In this document: positions 36,991-47,177 of the stretch, one piece after another
Layout: every line of letters starts with the position of its first letter
Position numbering within the stretch: the stretch's first letter is position 1
Virus record (IMG/VR): IMGVR_UViG_3300028584_001242
Strand: one strand, 5' to 3'
Length of the DNA: 64,000 bases
DNA from: a virus
Lineage: Duplodnaviria; Heunggongvirae; Uroviricota; Caudoviricetes
The notes under the pieces: model-generated
What the model was told of the DNA's origin: nothing
The model's input: only the letters and a program-made list of their open reading frames with translations
Databases searched by the model: none
Translations under genes and position numbers: made by a program

Positions 36991-37557
36991 TTAGAACAGG
37001 CTAAAAAGACCTGCAACGGTGCCAGCAGTCCCGATAACATCCCAAAGGTCTATCGAACAAGATTTATCACCAGATTGGGTTCTGGTGTATTGTGTTCTAT
37101 TTGGAACTCGATATCCTAATTTACTTGGAGACAAAACAATCGCCATCCAAAGTTCTCTACCTTCTTGTTTAGGATCTTTCGATTTCCCCAAAATTACCAT
37201 GTCTCCAGCAGAATCCATTGCTCCATTAAGCAACTGAAAATCATCATCAACAGAAAACTTAGATTTAAAGTGTTCTGGCATAGGCTTCAATCCTAGTTTA
37301 AAAAAGAATTCAAGGTATTTGACATAGATGTCATTAATTTTTCCCGCTTCGAAGGATTCGCTATAAACAAACATAGCCGTTTGATTAAGGTTATTAGATC
37401 CTACCAGAATACGTTCATTATCTTTTTTTAGACTAAAAAAATTATAAAACAATCTATTCTGTGGAAGTTTCTCATAGGTGTAATTTTGATCTGTTTTTGC
37501 CCGATATATGGCTTGAACATCATCACCAAGACCTATTTTTCGAATAATAATACACAT
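36991..37557 (-). CDS. hypothetical protein, 188 aa (AT-rich)
   Basis: GGAG RBS. Confidence 0.55.
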   Translation of the reverse strand: MCIIIRKIGLGDDVQAIYRAKTDQNYTYEKLPQNRLFYNFFSLKKDNERILVGSNNLNQTAMFVYSESFEAGKINDIYVKYLEFFFKLGLKPMPEHFKSKFSVDDDFQLLNGAMDSAGDMVILGKSKDPKQEGRELWMAIVLSPSKLGYRVPNRTQYTRTQSGDKSCSIDLWDVIGTAGTVAGLFSLF

Positions 37558-37721
37558 ATTTTAAAGTCTCCAATTTTCCAAATTATACAATAAATACAGA
37601 AAAAAAACAACAGATTTTTTAAAATTAGCATAATTGCTTTCTAACATAAATTCTGTAATTATATTTTATTTAGGCGAAAAAAAGACCGAACTAGTCGGCC
37701 TTTATTGTTTTCTTATAATGT

Positions 37722-38279
37722 TTAGACGACAGTCAGAATACCTTCTTCGTCAATTGTGTAACCCAATTTTGCCACCGCATCAAAAGCTTCTTTCAGTTGA
37801 CGTTGACGAAACTCCTTGTGATCTTCATCAGTCAGTTCTAGTCGGGTCACGATGATTTGAACGGATTCTGGCAATGTCAACCAAGGATTGTGCGATGTGC
37901 GACTGGGTTTTACTTTGTAACGGATTTTAGAACCGTTGACGATCAGCTTGCCATCACGCATTTTTTCTTCAATGAGATAATCCAGCACACCATCAGTGAG
38001 TTCAGCATAAGAACCATCTTCAGCAAGCTCCATAACACCAGCCGCTTTGAGGCGAGAACCAATGTCCATGCCTTCGGTAGAAATATCATGACTACTCACG
38101 ACAATCGAATTGCCAACCGGGCCAACCATGTAATTGATGAGATATTTAAAATCAGGGGTTGCGTTGGTATGCTGCAGTGCAGCCACAATTTTTTCCAGTT
38201 TCAACTTAATAGACAGCACAGCATTCACTGCATACTGAGCATCAATTGCTTTTTTCAGGTCAATTTTAACTTGGGTCAT
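37722..38279 (-). CDS. hypothetical protein, 185 aa
   Basis: Listed ORF. Confidence 0.55.
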   Translation of the reverse strand: MTQVKIDLKKAIDAQYAVNAVLSIKLKLEKIVAALQHTNATPDFKYLINYMVGPVGNSIVVSSHDISTEGMDIGSRLKAAGVMELAEDGSYAELTDGVLDYLIEEKMRDGKLIVNGSKIRYKVKPSRTSHNPWLTLPESVQIIVTRLELTDEDHKEFRQRQLKEAFDAVAKLGYTIDEEGILTVV

Positions 38280-38340
38280 GACGTTATCCTATTTCGTTTA
38301 TGATGGGGTGATTTTACCAAGAAACTGCATTATAGTCTAG

Positions 38341-38751
38341 TTATTTCTTCGATTCATCCAAAACCCATTGTTCCCACTTCTGAACACGGGGAATGCATGA
38401 AGAAAGGGATTCTCGATAATCTTTATGAATCAATTCTTGATCGAGTCTAACATGAGCCAGATGATTTAACTCAATCACGTCTTTTTGAACGATGTTAAGA
38501 TCGATGATGTCACAACCACTGACAGTGAAAACATGCTCTTGATTGCCCACTAAACGGCCACCGAACAGGCTGCGAGCGAGCAAAGCAGCAAACTTGCAGC
38601 TACCCGACCGATCACCCGTATAATTAATCCCATGCTCGGCACAACGTTCTGCCCACATAAAATCCAATGCAATATTGGCACGAATCATGTTATGTTCGGT
38701 GTAGGCTATTTTGGCTGGGTAAACACTGCGAATATCTTTAACGGTAAGCAT
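38341..38751 (-). CDS. hypothetical protein, 136 aa
   Basis: GAAGG RBS. Confidence 0.5.
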   Translation of the reverse strand: MLTVKDIRSVYPAKIAYTEHNMIRANIALDFMWAERCAEHGINYTGDRSGSCKFAALLARSLFGGRLVGNQEHVFTVSGCDIIDLNIVQKDVIELNHLAHVRLDQELIHKDYRESLSSCIPRVQKWEQWVLDESKK

Positions 38752-38830
38752 TGCAAATCGCCTTCAACTCAATTAATGAATGAATTATACACGTTATCTC
38801 ATTAAAAGACAATAAAAACCTTAAAAATGA

Positions 38831-39130
38831 TTATGAATGAACATCCAAAATGGTTTCGCAATCTTTAACCATCAACGCCATGTCAGCCTTAATGCTTTCA
38901 ATTTTGGCGAGATCCTTTTCTTTCACTTTATCAATCCAGATTTCAAAGCTATTTCGATAACTTTTCTTCAAGCTTTCAAAACCATTCACCAGTTGAGCCA
39001 GAGAAAGACCTTTGCGATAAAGGAACAGGCGACCACTCCACTCATAAGCGGTATAACCATTAGCTTCAAAAACCAGTTTATAGGATTCATGAATAACGGC
39101 TTTGGTGGGTGCTGCAGTATGATAAGGCAT
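38831..39130 (-). CDS. hypothetical protein, 99 aa
   Basis: GGAGG RBS. Confidence 0.5.
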   Translation of the reverse strand: MPYHTAAPTKAVIHESYKLVFEANGYTAYEWSGRLFLYRKGLSLAQLVNGFESLKKSYRNSFEIWIDKVKEKDLAKIESIKADMALMVKDCETILDVHS

Positions 39131-39225
39131 GATAGACCTCCAAAATTTGTTAAATTATAACATAAAACTTAAAAAAGATAAACAAAAAACCCGCACGAAG
39201 CGGGCTTTTTTTAAGCTGTCTACTG

Positions 39226-39564
39226 TTAATAGTAGCTACGGTTATACAGGCGGTTAGTCGTGCGACGAAGCTGTTCTTCAAACACCCGACGCTGACCACT
39301 GGACAAGCAACGGTCTTTACTGGTTTCGATGCTAGCGATACGTTTCTGGAACATTTGATTGGCTCGCTGGGCTTCTTTTTGGGATTCAGCAAACCGAACA
39401 TCAGTTGCACGGCGAATATAGGCATTTTGAGCTTGCTTGTCAGCATTCACGATGCATTTGCGTTCAATTTGACGTTCTTTGTAGGAGCCATATTGAGCGG
39501 TTGACATGCAGCCGGTCATCATTACAAGGGCAAGAGCAGCAAAAACAATTTTCATTACTTTCAT
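39226..39564 (-). CDS. lipoprotein, 112 aa
   Basis: Lipobox MMTGC. Behind the repeated promoter-leader module. Confidence 0.55.
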   Translation of the reverse strand: MKVMKIVFAALALVMMTGCMSTAQYGSYKERQIERKCIVNADKQAQNAYIRRATDVRFAESQKEAQRANQMFQKRIASIETSKDRCLSSGQRRVFEEQLRRTTNRLYNRSYY

Positions 39565-39607
39565 GGTCGTATCCTTCTCGTTTCAATTAAGGTCGAATGA
39601 GCAATTA

Positions 39608-39690
39608 CAAGGGGAAAGGCTTATTTGATTGCTCGCCCCTTGCTGCTTCGATGGAGTAATTATATCAATATCGAACTAGATAATCAATGT
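39608..39690 (-). promoter_or_regulatory. repeated promoter-leader module (TGaTATAAT, leader hairpin CAAGGGG...CCCCTTG); copy of 9195..9275
   Basis: The -10 box is at plus 39659-39664. The hairpin spans 39608-39642. Confidence 0.5.
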
Positions 39691-40050
39691 TTTTGGTGAA
39701 TTTCTTCTGATAAGTTCGCAAAAGAAAGTGGTCATAAATTTGAGCTTCTTCCAAAAACCTTTTGGAGAAAATTGAGAACTATGATAGGTATACAAAGTAT
39801 TTCCTTTCCAATGATCAATCACCATACTACCGCGAAAAATCATCAGAGTAACGGAGTTATAATCATACTTATAGTAAGTTATTTTGCCAGAAACAGGATG
39901 AATAACTGGCTCACTGGTTGATTTGCTAAACTTAATTCTAGCTCCGACTCTGTTAAATTTGTCCTTACTAAAATATTCAACGGGCAAAGAATAACCAATA
40001 TTCATGCCAACCAGAAATCGCATCAACAAAATTTGAAAGAAGATTATCAT
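39676..40050 (-). CDS. hypothetical protein, 124 aa
   Basis: AAGGAA RBS. The listed extent overlaps the promoter module, so the true start may lie downstream. Confidence 0.4.
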   Translation of the reverse strand: MIIFFQILLMRFLVGMNIGYSLPVEYFSKDKFNRVGARIKFSKSTSEPVIHPVSGKITYYKYDYNSVTLMIFRGSMVIDHWKGNTLYTYHSSQFSPKGFWKKLKFMTTFFCELIRRNSPKTLII

Positions 40051-40053
40051 ATT

Positions 40054-40425
40054 TTATTCCTTAATGTAGCAACGTTTAACAATTTTAAGGGCTTTTTTAA
40101 CTTCTTTTTCCCATTCTTTATCACTGACCTCAATGAATGTTCTCACAAAGTCCAGAGCTTTGGTTTCGTCCAAACCTAACATAAGGGCTTCATCACTTTC
40201 ATCAAGTGCTACGATAGGCGGATAAGCTCCATCAATGTCGATTTGACAACCATCGAGAGACAGCCACGCATGTTCGATATTTCTTATCGACAAATCATCT
40301 TCTGTGCGAATTTGAATTTCACCGCCAAATGTTCGCCACAAAGCGACCGCCAGAAAAATAGATTTTGCAGACAGGTATTCTTCTGAGATTTCATTAGGCA
40401 CGCTATCTTTAATTTGCTTAATCAT
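40054..40425 (-). CDS. acidic hypothetical protein, 123 aa
   Basis: GGAG RBS. Confidence 0.5.
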   Translation of the reverse strand: MIKQIKDSVPNEISEEYLSAKSIFLAVALWRTFGGEIQIRTEDDLSIRNIEHAWLSLDGCQIDIDGAYPPIVALDESDEALMLGLDETKALDFVRTFIEVSDKEWEKEVKKALKIVKRCYIKE

Positions 40426-40473
40426 GGGAACACTCCAAGTAGGCTTTGATTATAGCAAAACATTAGAAATAAA

Positions 40474-40938
40474 TCAATCTTGAACATAGTTTTTGAAGGG
40501 TTTTAGCCTATCTTTTTGGTAATGTTTGAACTTCCCAATAGTAATATGGCCTTGGTCTGTCCCCAACACGTTATAGTATTCACGAATTTTAAAAAACTCG
40601 GCTGAATAACAGTTTATCCAAACATGGGAATCATTCCAGAACAATTCATGGGTGTAATGCAGTTCAACAGGTTGTTGGTCAAGCCAACCCCACGGCTTAG
40701 AAGTATCTGTATTGGTATACCCTTTCAACACCGAGCAATGAACATCCCAGTTAGGCTTATCCAAATCTATACCATACCGCTGATAAAACTGATGGCGATA
40801 GTAAGCCGCGATATCCGGTTCAATCGTGATAACAGCCCAATGTTCAATGTTTTTCTTCATGGTGCCACGGTCGGGATCGTAAACAATAGTCCCTTCCGTT
40901 TCAAACTGAAGACAACGGTGTCTAAGTTGTAAGTTCAT
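40474..40938 (-). CDS. putative 2H-phosphoesterase-family protein (two HxS/T motifs), 154 aa
   Basis: Motifs VHCSVLKG and GHITIGK lie about 70 aa apart. Confidence 0.45.
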   Translation of the reverse strand: MNLQLRHRCLQFETEGTIVYDPDRGTMKKNIEHWAVITIEPDIAAYYRHQFYQRYGIDLDKPNWDVHCSVLKGYTNTDTSKPWGWLDQQPVELHYTHELFWNDSHVWINCYSAEFFKIREYYNVLGTDQGHITIGKFKHYQKDRLKPFKNYVQD

Positions 40939-40949
40939 AATTTTATCTC

Positions 40950-40980
40950 AAAAAAAAGGAGATCCGAAGATCTCCCTTAT
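40950..40980 (-). terminator. terminator GGAGAUC-UUCG-GAUCUCC plus U-run (minus strand)
   Basis: Hairpin with A8 and T runs. Confidence 0.6.
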
Positions 40981-41010
40981 TATATAGATTTTTTACAAAA
41001 GCGTCAACCG

Positions 41011-41532
41011 TTAATCTGGCTGGCCGAAGAAGACAGCACTAACATCAAGGGTCAAACCTTTACGTTCTTTGTTAAGGTTGATGTCAACAAAATTTTCAAG
41101 CCATGCTTTGTTACAACGAGATTTTTGCTCTTGACTTGTATCAACCAAACGAGTAACCACCAATCGCATACCCAAGAAATGGGTGCAGATATAAACATTA
41201 TCAGCCGTTGCCAGTTCTCGACAGAAAATATCGTAGGCTTCTGCATAAACGGCTGGGTCAATCTTGTTGCCAACACTAGCCGCCAGCTTAACCAATTTAG
41301 GCAGCGATTTAGGCAGGTCGATTTCATCAACTTCAATAGCTGATGATTTTTCGTCTTTAATCGCCGTCAACAGATATTTACTGAGGTTGTTGGCCTTATA
41401 AGCTTGCTCGTTAATCAAAAAGCTCAAGCCTTTGATTTTGTTCGTAGCACCTGCAAACAGATCATTGAGTTCATCAACAGTGATGTTCTTGTCTTCAATG
41501 AGCAATGTTGCCTTGATTGTTTTATTAGACAT
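41011..41532 (-). CDS. hypothetical protein, about 173 aa
   Basis: Start MSNKTIKAT. GGAG RBS. Confidence 0.5.
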   Translation of the reverse strand: MSNKTIKATLLIEDKNITVDELNDLFAGATNKIKGLSFLINEQAYKANNLSKYLLTAIKDEKSSAIEVDEIDLPKSLPKLVKLAASVGNKIDPAVYAEAYDIFCRELATADNVYICTHFLGMRLVVTRLVDTSQEQKSRCNKAWLENFVDINLNKERKGLTLDVSAVFFGQPD

Positions 41533-41669
41533 GTAAAACTCCAAAAAATGTGTTTATAAGAAAGAAACCTGATTATACACCAACTACACAAAATTATCAA
41601 CAAAAACTATGTTATATTGCGGAAAAATGCAAAAAGGAGCCGAAGCCCCTTCTATAAATGGTGGTGAAC

Positions 41670-42302
41670 TTATTTCTTCAATCGAACCACATACATCAAA
41701 GCGTCTACTTGATCAATGCGAGAGTTATCACATTGCACATGAAGGCTGATCGATGGATACTTATTGCCAGTGAGGCGATGAAACTCTCTCAGGAACGATT
41801 GACGAATTTCACCCACATTTGGGTCAAAGTAGATATAGTCTGTGCGTGGGCTGATTTCACAATATTTGAAGCCAAGATTGTCATAGGCTTCTTGCAAAAA
41901 GTGAAGATCGGTTTCTTCAATGATCTTTTTACCCACCCGCATTTTTCGCGTCAACAAGCTTTCTGGAACATCACGGATGTTGTCTAACAGAGTGGCTGTC
42001 AAGCTACCAACTTCCAGATCAATCTTTTGATTGTGCAAGGCAACTTTTGCCTTTTCTGCCTCAACAAGCGTATTCATCTCGTTCATGGAAGCAATAATAG
42101 ACTTTTTCAGTTCTTCAACTCGTTTCGGAAGGTTCTGAGTATTGAACTGTGTAAATGCACACAGGATTTCTGCTGGCCCAATAACAAAACCATCTTCGGC
42201 GTAAATATCCAAAACTTCAACAACCGGAAGCCGACTCTCTTGAAGGTTGTCAATTTTAACTGCGGTGTCTTTGGCAAGTTGTTGAGCTTTTTGGGCATTC
42301 AT
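41670..42302 (-). CDS. hypothetical protein, 210 aa; paralog family member
   Basis: Block LQEAYDNLGFKYCEI...YIYFDPNVGEIRQSFLREF matches 42709..43341 and 18254..18901. Confidence 0.55.
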   Translation of the reverse strand: MNAQKAQQLAKDTAVKIDNLQESRLPVVEVLDIYAEDGFVIGPAEILCAFTQFNTQNLPKRVEELKKSIIASMNEMNTLVEAEKAKVALHNQKIDLEVGSLTATLLDNIRDVPESLLTRKMRVGKKIIEETDLHFLQEAYDNLGFKYCEISPRTDYIYFDPNVGEIRQSFLREFHRLTGNKYPSISLHVQCDNSRIDQVDALMYVVRLKK

Positions 42303-42376
42303 TTGGAAAATCCTGTTTATATTTAAGTGAAGCTATTATAGCACAAAAAATTGATTTTTAAAAATCTTTTTTCAAA

Positions 42377-42622
42377 TTACAAATTTGGAAGATCCAACTC
42401 AACTTTTTTAAACAAACCATAACCACCTCTGTCATCAGGAAAAAAGAACTGACCAGCAATCACATGCATGATGCCATTTGAAATTTTATGGATATGCAAA
42501 ATTGAAAGTTCTGCTTTAAAGTTTGGGTCGTCTTTTTTAAATGAAATATCGCCATAGAAGTAATATGAACCGACTTCTTGTGGAACAACTTCTGTCCAAC
42601 CATTAATTGTGTTATCTGACAT
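42377..42622 (-). CDS. hypothetical protein, 81 aa
   Basis: GGGAGA RBS. Confidence 0.45.
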   Translation of the reverse strand: MSDNTINGWTEVVPQEVGSYYFYGDISFKKDDPNFKAELSILHIHKISNGIMHVIAGQFFFPDDRGGYGLFKKVELDLPNL

Positions 42623-42708
42623 ACATATCTCCCATTAAGACGTGTAATATACCATAAATAAAAAATAAAAAAAAGGGCAGAAGCCCTTTAATTGATAAGT
42701 GTATTCTT

Positions 42709-43341
42709 TTATTTAACAGCGGCCTTCTGAATACGCTGCAGGTGGTTAATGAAGTCAACCGAAGTGACATTCATATAACCTTTTGGATTTACATAGTCAG
42801 GGAAACGCACCAAGAAGCGTTCGGCAATGAGATCTCGCAGATTAGGGCTTACTTTTGGGTCGAAGTAGACGACATCACGGAGTTCTTCCTTCAAGAAGTG
42901 AGTAACACCAAGTTCCAAATAAATTTCACGGAACGCCTTCATGTGTTCATCTGTAAATTTGAGGGTATTAATTTCCACTTTCCGGCTCAATACTTTCTCA
43001 GGTGCAGTTTCCACAATTTTTTCCATGTTCAACACTTCAAGATGTTCTTTGCCATGAATAGCGACATTATAAGTGCGATTTTCTTTAACACATTCTTCCA
43101 CTTCATCATTGTAAGCCTTCAACAAAGCGACAATCTCATCACGCATGTCAACAGCTTTGTCAGACAAACCAGAATCATCCGAACAACTCAGTGCTTCTGC
43201 AATTGCCAGCAAAGAAATAGTGGTATCTTCATCATCAAAGAACAACTTCTGAGCATCAGATACTGGCAGCAAATGAGAACGGATTTCTTGTTGAGTTTTC
43301 TGAGATACCTGAACAGCTTCAATGATTTGAGTAAGCGACAT
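42709..43341 (-). CDS. hypothetical protein, 210 aa; paralog family member
   Basis: Block FREIYLELGVTHF...VVYFDPKVSPNLRDLIAERF. Confidence 0.55.
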   Translation of the reverse strand: MSLTQIIEAVQVSQKTQQEIRSHLLPVSDAQKLFFDDEDTTISLLAIAEALSCSDDSGLSDKAVDMRDEIVALLKAYNDEVEECVKENRTYNVAIHGKEHLEVLNMEKIVETAPEKVLSRKVEINTLKFTDEHMKAFREIYLELGVTHFLKEELRDVVYFDPKVSPNLRDLIAERFLVRFPDYVNPKGYMNVTSVDFINHLQRIQKAAVK

Positions 43342-43436
43342 GAATGTTTTCCTTAATAAGTTTTGATAACGAAAGTATAGCAGTATTAGAGACGAAAAAA
43401 AAGCCCATTTCTGAGCTTTTGATTTTATTTTACAAA

Positions 43437-43664
43437 TCAGTCGTCTTCGCAGCCGTAAATCAAGTCCATGCCATCATTAGCCCACATGAGATCTTCACAC
43501 TCACGGCGTTCGATTTCAAGATATTCGTCTTCATCGAACCATTTAATATCGTGAGATTCAACCACTGCAATACTGACAGTTTCATCTTCTTCGATAACAC
43601 GATAAGCACCGACTGGCAGTTCGTTGCGTGCTTTATAGAATTCAAAGGAAGTCAATTCTTTCAT
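43437..43664 (-). CDS. acidic hypothetical protein, about 75 aa
   Basis: Start MKELTSFEF after an AAGGAT RBS. Confidence 0.45.
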   Translation of the reverse strand: MKELTSFEFYKARNELPVGAYRVIEEDETVSIAVVESHDIKWFDEDEYLEIERRECEDLMWANDGMDLIYGCEDD

Positions 43665-43692
43665 GGTCTTGTATCCTTGGTAGATTTCGTTT

Positions 43693-43712
43693 AAGTGAGA
43701 CAATTATAACAC
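43693..43712 (-). promoter_or_regulatory. promoter ACAGTGTTATAATTGTCTCAC, duplicated at 44368..44387
   Basis: An identical block of about 22 nt lies upstream of two neighbouring genes. Confidence 0.45.
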
Positions 43713-43809
43713 TGTTACACATCATAAACAAGTTTTTTTCTAAAAAAACTAATAATTTCGCCAAGCAGTTTCAACAACTTTAAACAAGCTGGTGATAGTT
43801 TTATTTCAT

Positions 43810-44325
43810 TTATTTTTCAATCAAATCGTCAAGTTTTATAACACGTTTATTGGATTCAATAATCATATTGAGCAATGTGATAACCATATCACTTCCCACA
43901 AAAGAAAATTCTTCAATTTTATTAATAACTGATTTCAAATCACCACTTTTACTTGCATAGTGAGACGATTCAATGGCACGCTCAAAAGAACTCGTCCAAC
44001 GGTCAGCACGAGTAAAAGCAGAAATAACAACGGTAGCCAGAGCGGCTTGTTTCTCATGCTCAACACAGATCATCACTTTCAAGAGATCTCGTTCAATTTT
44101 ATCAAACATTTGCATAATGTCTGGTTTTTTTTCAAATCGTTCAAGCGAAGCTTTCAATTCAATAATGTCATCATAAACTGCTTTGAATTCTTCTGCGGCA
44201 ATGAATGCACGCCATTTAGCAGTTTCCAGAAAGAAACCTTTGAGGCTAACGCCCTGAATGAGTTCAACAACATTGATGAGTGTCAGAATTTGATCGACAT
44301 GCTGTTGAGTTTCTTTATTAATCAT
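43810..44325 (-). CDS. hypothetical protein, about 171 aa
   Basis: Start MINKETQQ. GAGGTG RBS. Confidence 0.5.
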   Translation of the reverse strand: MINKETQQHVDQILTLINVVELIQGVSLKGFFLETAKWRAFIAAEEFKAVYDDIIELKASLERFEKKPDIMQMFDKIERDLLKVMICVEHEKQAALATVVISAFTRADRWTSSFERAIESSHYASKSGDLKSVINKIEEFSFVGSDMVITLLNMIIESNKRVIKLDDLIEK

Positions 44326-44367
44326 GAGAACACCTCTAAGGATTTTATTGGCGAAAGCTAAACAAGT

Positions 44368-44387
44368 GAGACAATTATAACACTGTC
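44368..44387 (-). promoter_or_regulatory. promoter ACAGTGTTATAATTGTCTCAC (second copy)
   Basis: See 43693..43712. Confidence 0.45.
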
Positions 44388-44421
44388 TCACTTTCTTAAC
44401 AAGTGTTTTTAAAAGCCTTTG

Positions 44422-44706
44422 TTACATATACTCGCTGTTATCTGCCAAGTCTTCGTCTTTTAGCATGTATTGACGCATATCAACAAAGTGCAGACGAATT
44501 TTGTTAGCGGCGGCTTCAAGATCTTCGATGACCAGTTTGTCAGCATAATCAGGAACAGTCTTGTCAACGGTATTCAATACCAACTGGCGAATATCTACCA
44601 TGATTTGTTGAGTATCCGACATTTCATGGAATTGTTCGCTGGAAACCTTGATAGATTTCAGTTTGGTTTGGTCAGCGTTTTCTTTGAACTTGATAGTGGT
44701 TTGCAT
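44422..44706 (-). CDS. hypothetical protein, 94 aa
   Basis: Listed ORF. Confidence 0.5.
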   Translation of the reverse strand: MQTTIKFKENADQTKLKSIKVSSEQFHEMSDTQQIMVDIRQLVLNTVDKTVPDYADKLVIEDLEAAANKIRLHFVDMRQYMLKDEDLADNSEYM

Positions 44707-44836
44707 AGTCTTTATTCCGTTTTAGTTAATGTATGAATTATATCGACAAACAATCGGATGAACAACACTTATTTTAAATATTTTGATGGTTTAGATGAAA
44801 AAAAACGCCTCGAAAGGCGTCTTCTAACCAATTAAA

Positions 44837-45241
44837 TTACAAACCGAAGTGTTCAGGGAACTTGGAAACCAGTTCTTCTGCCCACTGGTAGTCTTTGTTC
44901 GAAGGCCAAGGCGTTTCTGGGCGAGCGTCGATAACTGTGAAGCCTTCTGTCAAGTCGGCGTCATAACGTGTAGGAGCCTGTTCGGTTGGACGAACACCAT
45001 AAATATCGACAGCTTTCCCTTCTGGGTTGACCACGTAGCAATGAACAACATCACCATCAATCATTTTAGCCTTAATAGGCCACTGTGTTTTGTAGTGGAG
45101 TGCCAAAGCAAGCATGAAGCAATTGCCGCACGTAAATTCGGTTTTAACGAAGTCATCAACCCCGTTGCTGGAAACCCAAGACTCATAGTCATCAGAAACG
45201 TTGCCGTGATCTTTAATGAGTTGGGCGTCTACTGGATGCAT
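44837..45241 (-). CDS. hypothetical protein, 134 aa
   Basis: AAGGAG RBS. Confidence 0.55.
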   Translation of the reverse strand: MHPVDAQLIKDHGNVSDDYESWVSSNGVDDFVKTEFTCGNCFMLALALHYKTQWPIKAKMIDGDVVHCYVVNPEGKAVDIYGVRPTEQAPTRYDADLTEGFTVIDARPETPWPSNKDYQWAEELVSKFPEHFGL

Positions 45242-45307
45242 GGTTGTAACTCCTTAATTTGATGTCGCTATTTTAGCAAAAAGATGATTTATGAGCAAGT
45301 CTTTTTA

Positions 45308-45808
45308 TTAAGGATGAGTTCGAATGACTTGATAGATTTTATTGTAAAATGTTTTGACGACTGAGCCATCTTTCAATGTAATGAAAACGGCTTGTTCAGT
45401 TTTGTGGCCGATCAATTTTTCCCAAAAGTTTTTAGGAATGTATTTGACTTCAACAGAATCTACGACACCAACCTTCACAAAACTAGTATTGTTGACTTCA
45501 TCGAAACGATCATTCACTGCAGCCACAAAATCACCAGAATGACCAAAATAATTGCCAGATTTTAGATTTTGACTAAACTGATTACGAACAACAACAGTTG
45601 AAGGCATCAGCGAGGTCGAATTAAACAACCGTTGACTACCACCATATTGCTCATTCTCTGTCACCAAGCGTTCTGCAATCAAATCTTTAAGGACTTGAAT
45701 GGTAACAGGATACGCCCGAACGCTGGGCTGTGTGTAGTAACCTTTCCGGCGAAGATGGCTGAGCACATCGCTACGGATTTTCTGATATTCGACTGTGTTT
45801 TCTGTCAT
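45308..45808 (-). CDS. hypothetical protein, about 166 aa
   Basis: Start MTENTVEY. Confidence 0.5.
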   Translation of the reverse strand: MTENTVEYQKIRSDVLSHLRRKGYYTQPSVRAYPVTIQVLKDLIAERLVTENEQYGGSQRLFNSTSLMPSTVVVRNQFSQNLKSGNYFGHSGDFVAAVNDRFDEVNNTSFVKVGVVDSVEVKYIPKNFWEKLIGHKTEQAVFITLKDGSVVKTFYNKIYQVIRTHP

Positions 45809-45935
45809 GTTAATATTCCGTTTTAAAAGTATGCCTTTCGGCAATATTTATAGTGGATTTCAATAAGATGATTATACCTAAAAAGCATATTTTAAGCAAG
45901 AAAAAAGAAGCCGAAGCTTCTTTTTGTTTTTTCAA

Positions 45936-46604
45936 TTATGGTGCAACTGGTTCTCTGCAGACTTCATAATAATAATAGTATGAACGCAGAACGTCATAAT
46001 GTAAAGATTTTACTTTAAATGCACCGCGAGTATAAGTATAACCACCACTCACAAAAGTTGTTGCTTTAGGGTAAGTCTTAGTGGTGTTTGTTGTATCAAT
46101 TTTAGTAGAACCATCCCATTGTAACCCCATACCATAAGTTGTTGTGTATCCATCATAAGTAGCAATATCATACCATCTGTAAGCATGTCCACTAGTAGCT
46201 GAATACCCACATTCTTTAACTATTTTAGTACCAATAGAGCTAACATTATAAGTGGCATCACTTAACACCTGTGTTTCTTTGGAAGTAACTTGATTACGAA
46301 CAGCCCCAGAAACAGTGTGTCTTTCAGAAGTGGTTACAGTACGTTCTTGCGATTGTTGACAACCAGAGAATGTCTTTGTATACGTCAATCCAAGTGGTTG
46401 TGTGTTTTCAAGTGGCGAAGCACTTTGACAATCATGTGGAGTGCCTACATTAATCCAAGTAGAAATTACAGGATCAGCGGAAACCCACTGACCAAGATCT
46501 TTAAATGTGACAGGAACATCTGGATATTGTATTTGATATTCTGCGAAAGAATTCATTCCTAACAATGAAAGTACAGGAACTAAGAGTATTTTTTTAATGG
46601 ACAT
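45936..46604 (-). CDS. secreted protein with signal peptide, 222 aa
   Basis: N-terminus MSIKKILLVPVLSLLGMNSFA. Tyr-rich C-terminus. Its N-terminus resembles that of 52788..53816. Confidence 0.55.
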   Translation of the reverse strand: MSIKKILLVPVLSLLGMNSFAEYQIQYPDVPVTFKDLGQWVSADPVISTWINVGTPHDCQSASPLENTQPLGLTYTKTFSGCQQSQERTVTTSERHTVSGAVRNQVTSKETQVLSDATYNVSSIGTKIVKECGYSATSGHAYRWYDIATYDGYTTTYGMGLQWDGSTKIDTTNTTKTYPKATTFVSGGYTYTRGAFKVKSLHYDVLRSYYYYYEVCREPVAP

Positions 46605-46726
46605 GATTTTTATTATTATTGTTAATACTATAATACAAGTAATTTCATAAGTGTCAATTCAATGACGTAATACAATATACAAAAAAAAGAAGCTGAAGCT
46701 TCTCTTTTTTTATAATAACTGTCAAA

Positions 46727-47125
46727 TTAATAGCGATGAAGCCATGCTTTGATCCCTTTGATGGTTTTGCCCACTTTAACACCCTGATTACGAATGTCGA
46801 TGCACTTGTTCACAAACGTCAATTCATCACGGTTCATAGGGCGTCCAAAAAGCATTTTAGCATTATGAGCACTTTGAACATCAGAAGTGACTTTATCACC
46901 ATAGTTGGTGTTGAAAGAGTTCAAGCCTTGGACGGTCAGAGAAGCAATACCATCAACCATGATAGTCACCATGCCTTTGCGTTTCAAGTTGAGCAGAACA
47001 GCATTCACTTGTGCTTTTTGGATGATGTCAGAAATGGTGTGAATTTCCGAGGTTTTGACCGAACGATAACCCAGTTTGGCAATACTGGAGATAACTTCGC
47101 GTTCGAGCTGAGTAACTTGGTTCAT
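46727..47125 (-). CDS. hypothetical protein, 132 aa
   Basis: AAGGAT RBS. Confidence 0.5.
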   Translation of the reverse strand: MNQVTQLEREVISSIAKLGYRSVKTSEIHTISDIIQKAQVNAVLLNLKRKGMVTIMVDGIASLTVQGLNSFNTNYGDKVTSDVQSAHNAKMLFGRPMNRDELTFVNKCIDIRNQGVKVGKTIKGIKAWLHRY

Positions 47126-47177
47126 TGTAATCCTTAAAAGAGATGTGGGAGTTTAAAACTCCCAAAGAAGTAGTAGT

